DNA of 64,000 nt from a candidate division WOR-3 bacterium. Lineage in GTDB: Bacteria > Hydrothermota > Hydrothermia > LBFQ01 > DSFT01. Below the pieces are notes generated by a model. The model was not told the origin of the DNA, ran no database searches, and saw nothing but the letters and a program-made list of their open reading frames with translations. The translations under genes and the position numbers were made by a program. The DNA lies in NCBI GenBank assembly GCA_965649115.1, contig CBFGJN010000001.1, positions 13,576 to 77,575 on the forward strand. Reading direction: 5' to 3'. Shown here piece after piece: positions 62,139 through 64,000 of this stretch; within the stretch, counting starts at the first letter, position 1, and every line of letters begins with the position of its first letter.

Positions 62139-63886
62139 CTTTAAATTCCACTACGTTCAGATGAAACATATATTGAGTAAAAAAGAAATCAGAATTGAAT
62201 TTAACTTTAAATTCCACTACGTTCAGATGAAACGTGAAATAATTTTGTTTCATCATTATAAAGACACTTCCTTTAAATTCCACTACGTTCAGATGAAACT
62301 AGGGGAGATGAATTGTGTATAATGAATGTATGAGCTTTAAATTCCACTACGTTCAGATGAAACTGAGAGGTATTTGCGATCCATTCAACGTAAAAAATAA
62401 CTTTAAATTCCACTACGTTCAGATGAAACCAAAAAGGAGGTGGCTCGCGATGCAAGCACAAATCTATAAAAAGTTTAAATTCCACTACGTTCAGATGAAA
62501 CGCTGTTGGCACTAATATACTATCCACATAAATAAGGTTTAAATTCCACTACGTTCAGATGAAACTCTTCATATTTTTTAAAGTGAGGATGTCTCTCATA
62601 ACAGTTTAAATTCCACTACGTTCAGATGAAACGCCAGTCCGGGCACGCACCCTCCGCTCTGATCTGAGGTTTAAATTCCACTACGTTCAGATGAAACAAA
62701 TAAACAAATAAATGAAGATAAAGATGATATACTTTAGTTTAAATTCCACTACGTTCAGATGAAACCATGATGAAAATGAAACTCTTCTGGAAGTAAATTT
62801 TCGTTTAAATTCCACTACGTTCAGATGAAACTTCTTATGACTAAATTTACTGTTGCTGATGAGGTTTTGTTTAAATTCCACTACGTTCAGATGAAACGAT
62901 ATTGAGGGAACTAGTTTTCTTTATAGTTCTAATAGTTTAAATTCCACTACGTTCAGATGAAACGATTTATGATGAAGAGATTGTTAGAGAAGCAAATAAA
63001 GTTTAAATTCCACTACGTTCAGATGAAACACTATTACCTGGACTATTTATATGAGAATGAAAGAAGTTTAAATTCCACTACGTTCAGATGAAACGCTGTT
63101 GGCACTAATATACTATCCACATAAATAAGGTTTAAATTCCACTACGTTCAGATGAAACAACATTATTACAATTTTTTGTTATATAACAGAGATAGTTTAA
63201 ATTCCACTACGTTCAGATGAAACATTTAAGAGCAGTTTATGAAAGAAACAGACTTAATTTGTTTAAATTCCACTACGTTCAGATGAAACTCATTATGAAA
63301 GATAATGAAGGATATATTTGGTTTGCGTTTAAATTCCACTACGTTCAGATGAAACCCGAGTAGGTGGGACGGGAGCACGAGCATGTGGGCTTCCGTTTAA
63401 ATTCCACTACGTTCAGATGAAACCCAATACAGGCAAGAATAATTATTGCAGAAAAATTTGTTTAAATTCCACTACGTTCAGATGAAACTAGTTAATTGCT
63501 TGATTAGTCGATTAGTTGGTTGATGTTTAAATTCCACTACGTTCAGATGAAACCAAACATGCAATAAAGATGAGTATGAGGAGCACAATTGTTTAAATTC
63601 CACTACGTTCAGATGAAACTTGCCATTAATTTGCACATAATGATAGACCCATTCATGTTTAAATTCCACTACGTTCAGATGAAACAAGAACTAACAACAG
63701 GAGCAATTGAAATATATATTAAAGTTTAAATTCCACTACGTTCAGATGAAACCATGAATACAGAGCAGTTATAGGTTATGGTTTAACTAAGTTTAAATTC
63801 CACTACGTTCAGATGAAACCAAGATGTAGAATATCCATCCGTCTCATCACCAATTATGTTTAAATTCCACTACGTTCAGATGAAAC
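62139..63886 (-). CRISPR. CRISPR array: 27 repeats of 29 bp, 26 spacers of 35-43 bp
   Basis: Plus-strand repeat GTTTAAATTCCACTACGTTCAGATGAAAC; the five leftmost begin with C. Minus orientation is inferred from the variant left end and leader-like right flank. No cas genes in window. Confidence 0.98.
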
Positions 63887-64000
63887 CTCCCCTTTTAACC
63901 CCCTAAACCTATTTCAACAAGGCTTGATGCCTTGTAAAGAGAAACATTAACCAAACTAAGTCCATACCTAACTAAATTTAAATTTTCCCTAACGAAAATG
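63887..64000 (-). promoter_or_regulatory. Probable CRISPR leader
   Basis: Non-coding flank on the side opposite the variant repeats. Confidence 0.55.

Noticed and set aside
63356..63394. Spacer as an rRNA-derived self-target
   Set aside because: Resemblance is superficial and cannot be verified; no in-window match to any spacer was noticed by eye.
62273..63687. Short ORFs with repeated FHLNVVEFK
   Set aside because: Translations of the CRISPR repeat.

Overview
Very AT-rich, densely packed chromosomal window from a diderm bacterium (lnt, TonB-dependent receptor, beta-barrels). It has seven secreted proteins with short T9SS-like C-terminal sorting domains; an FCB-adjacent lineage such as WOR-3 is an inference only. 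It carries housekeeping genes (serS, truB, gcvPB, murE, V-ATPase B, pstB-phoU, caa3 oxidase, lnt, nuoI, rsfS, gyrA), two tRNAs, a cobalamin riboswitch operon and a 27-repeat CRISPR array with no cas genes in view. Three linked patterns stand out. (1) About 25 transcription units start 6-13 nt after a CTT-TAAAAT-TT -10 box with no Shine-Dalgarno, implying leaderless or near-leaderless mRNAs. (2) A ~205-bp MITE-like element with 15-bp imperfect inverted ends and 9-bp junction repeats occupies most intergenic gaps, and one of its ends lies exactly 22 nt upstream of that -10 box at eight loci. (3) The secreted CTD proteins appear to have only a 6-10 residue uncharged N-terminal signal. All calls come from reading the sequence; no database searches were run.
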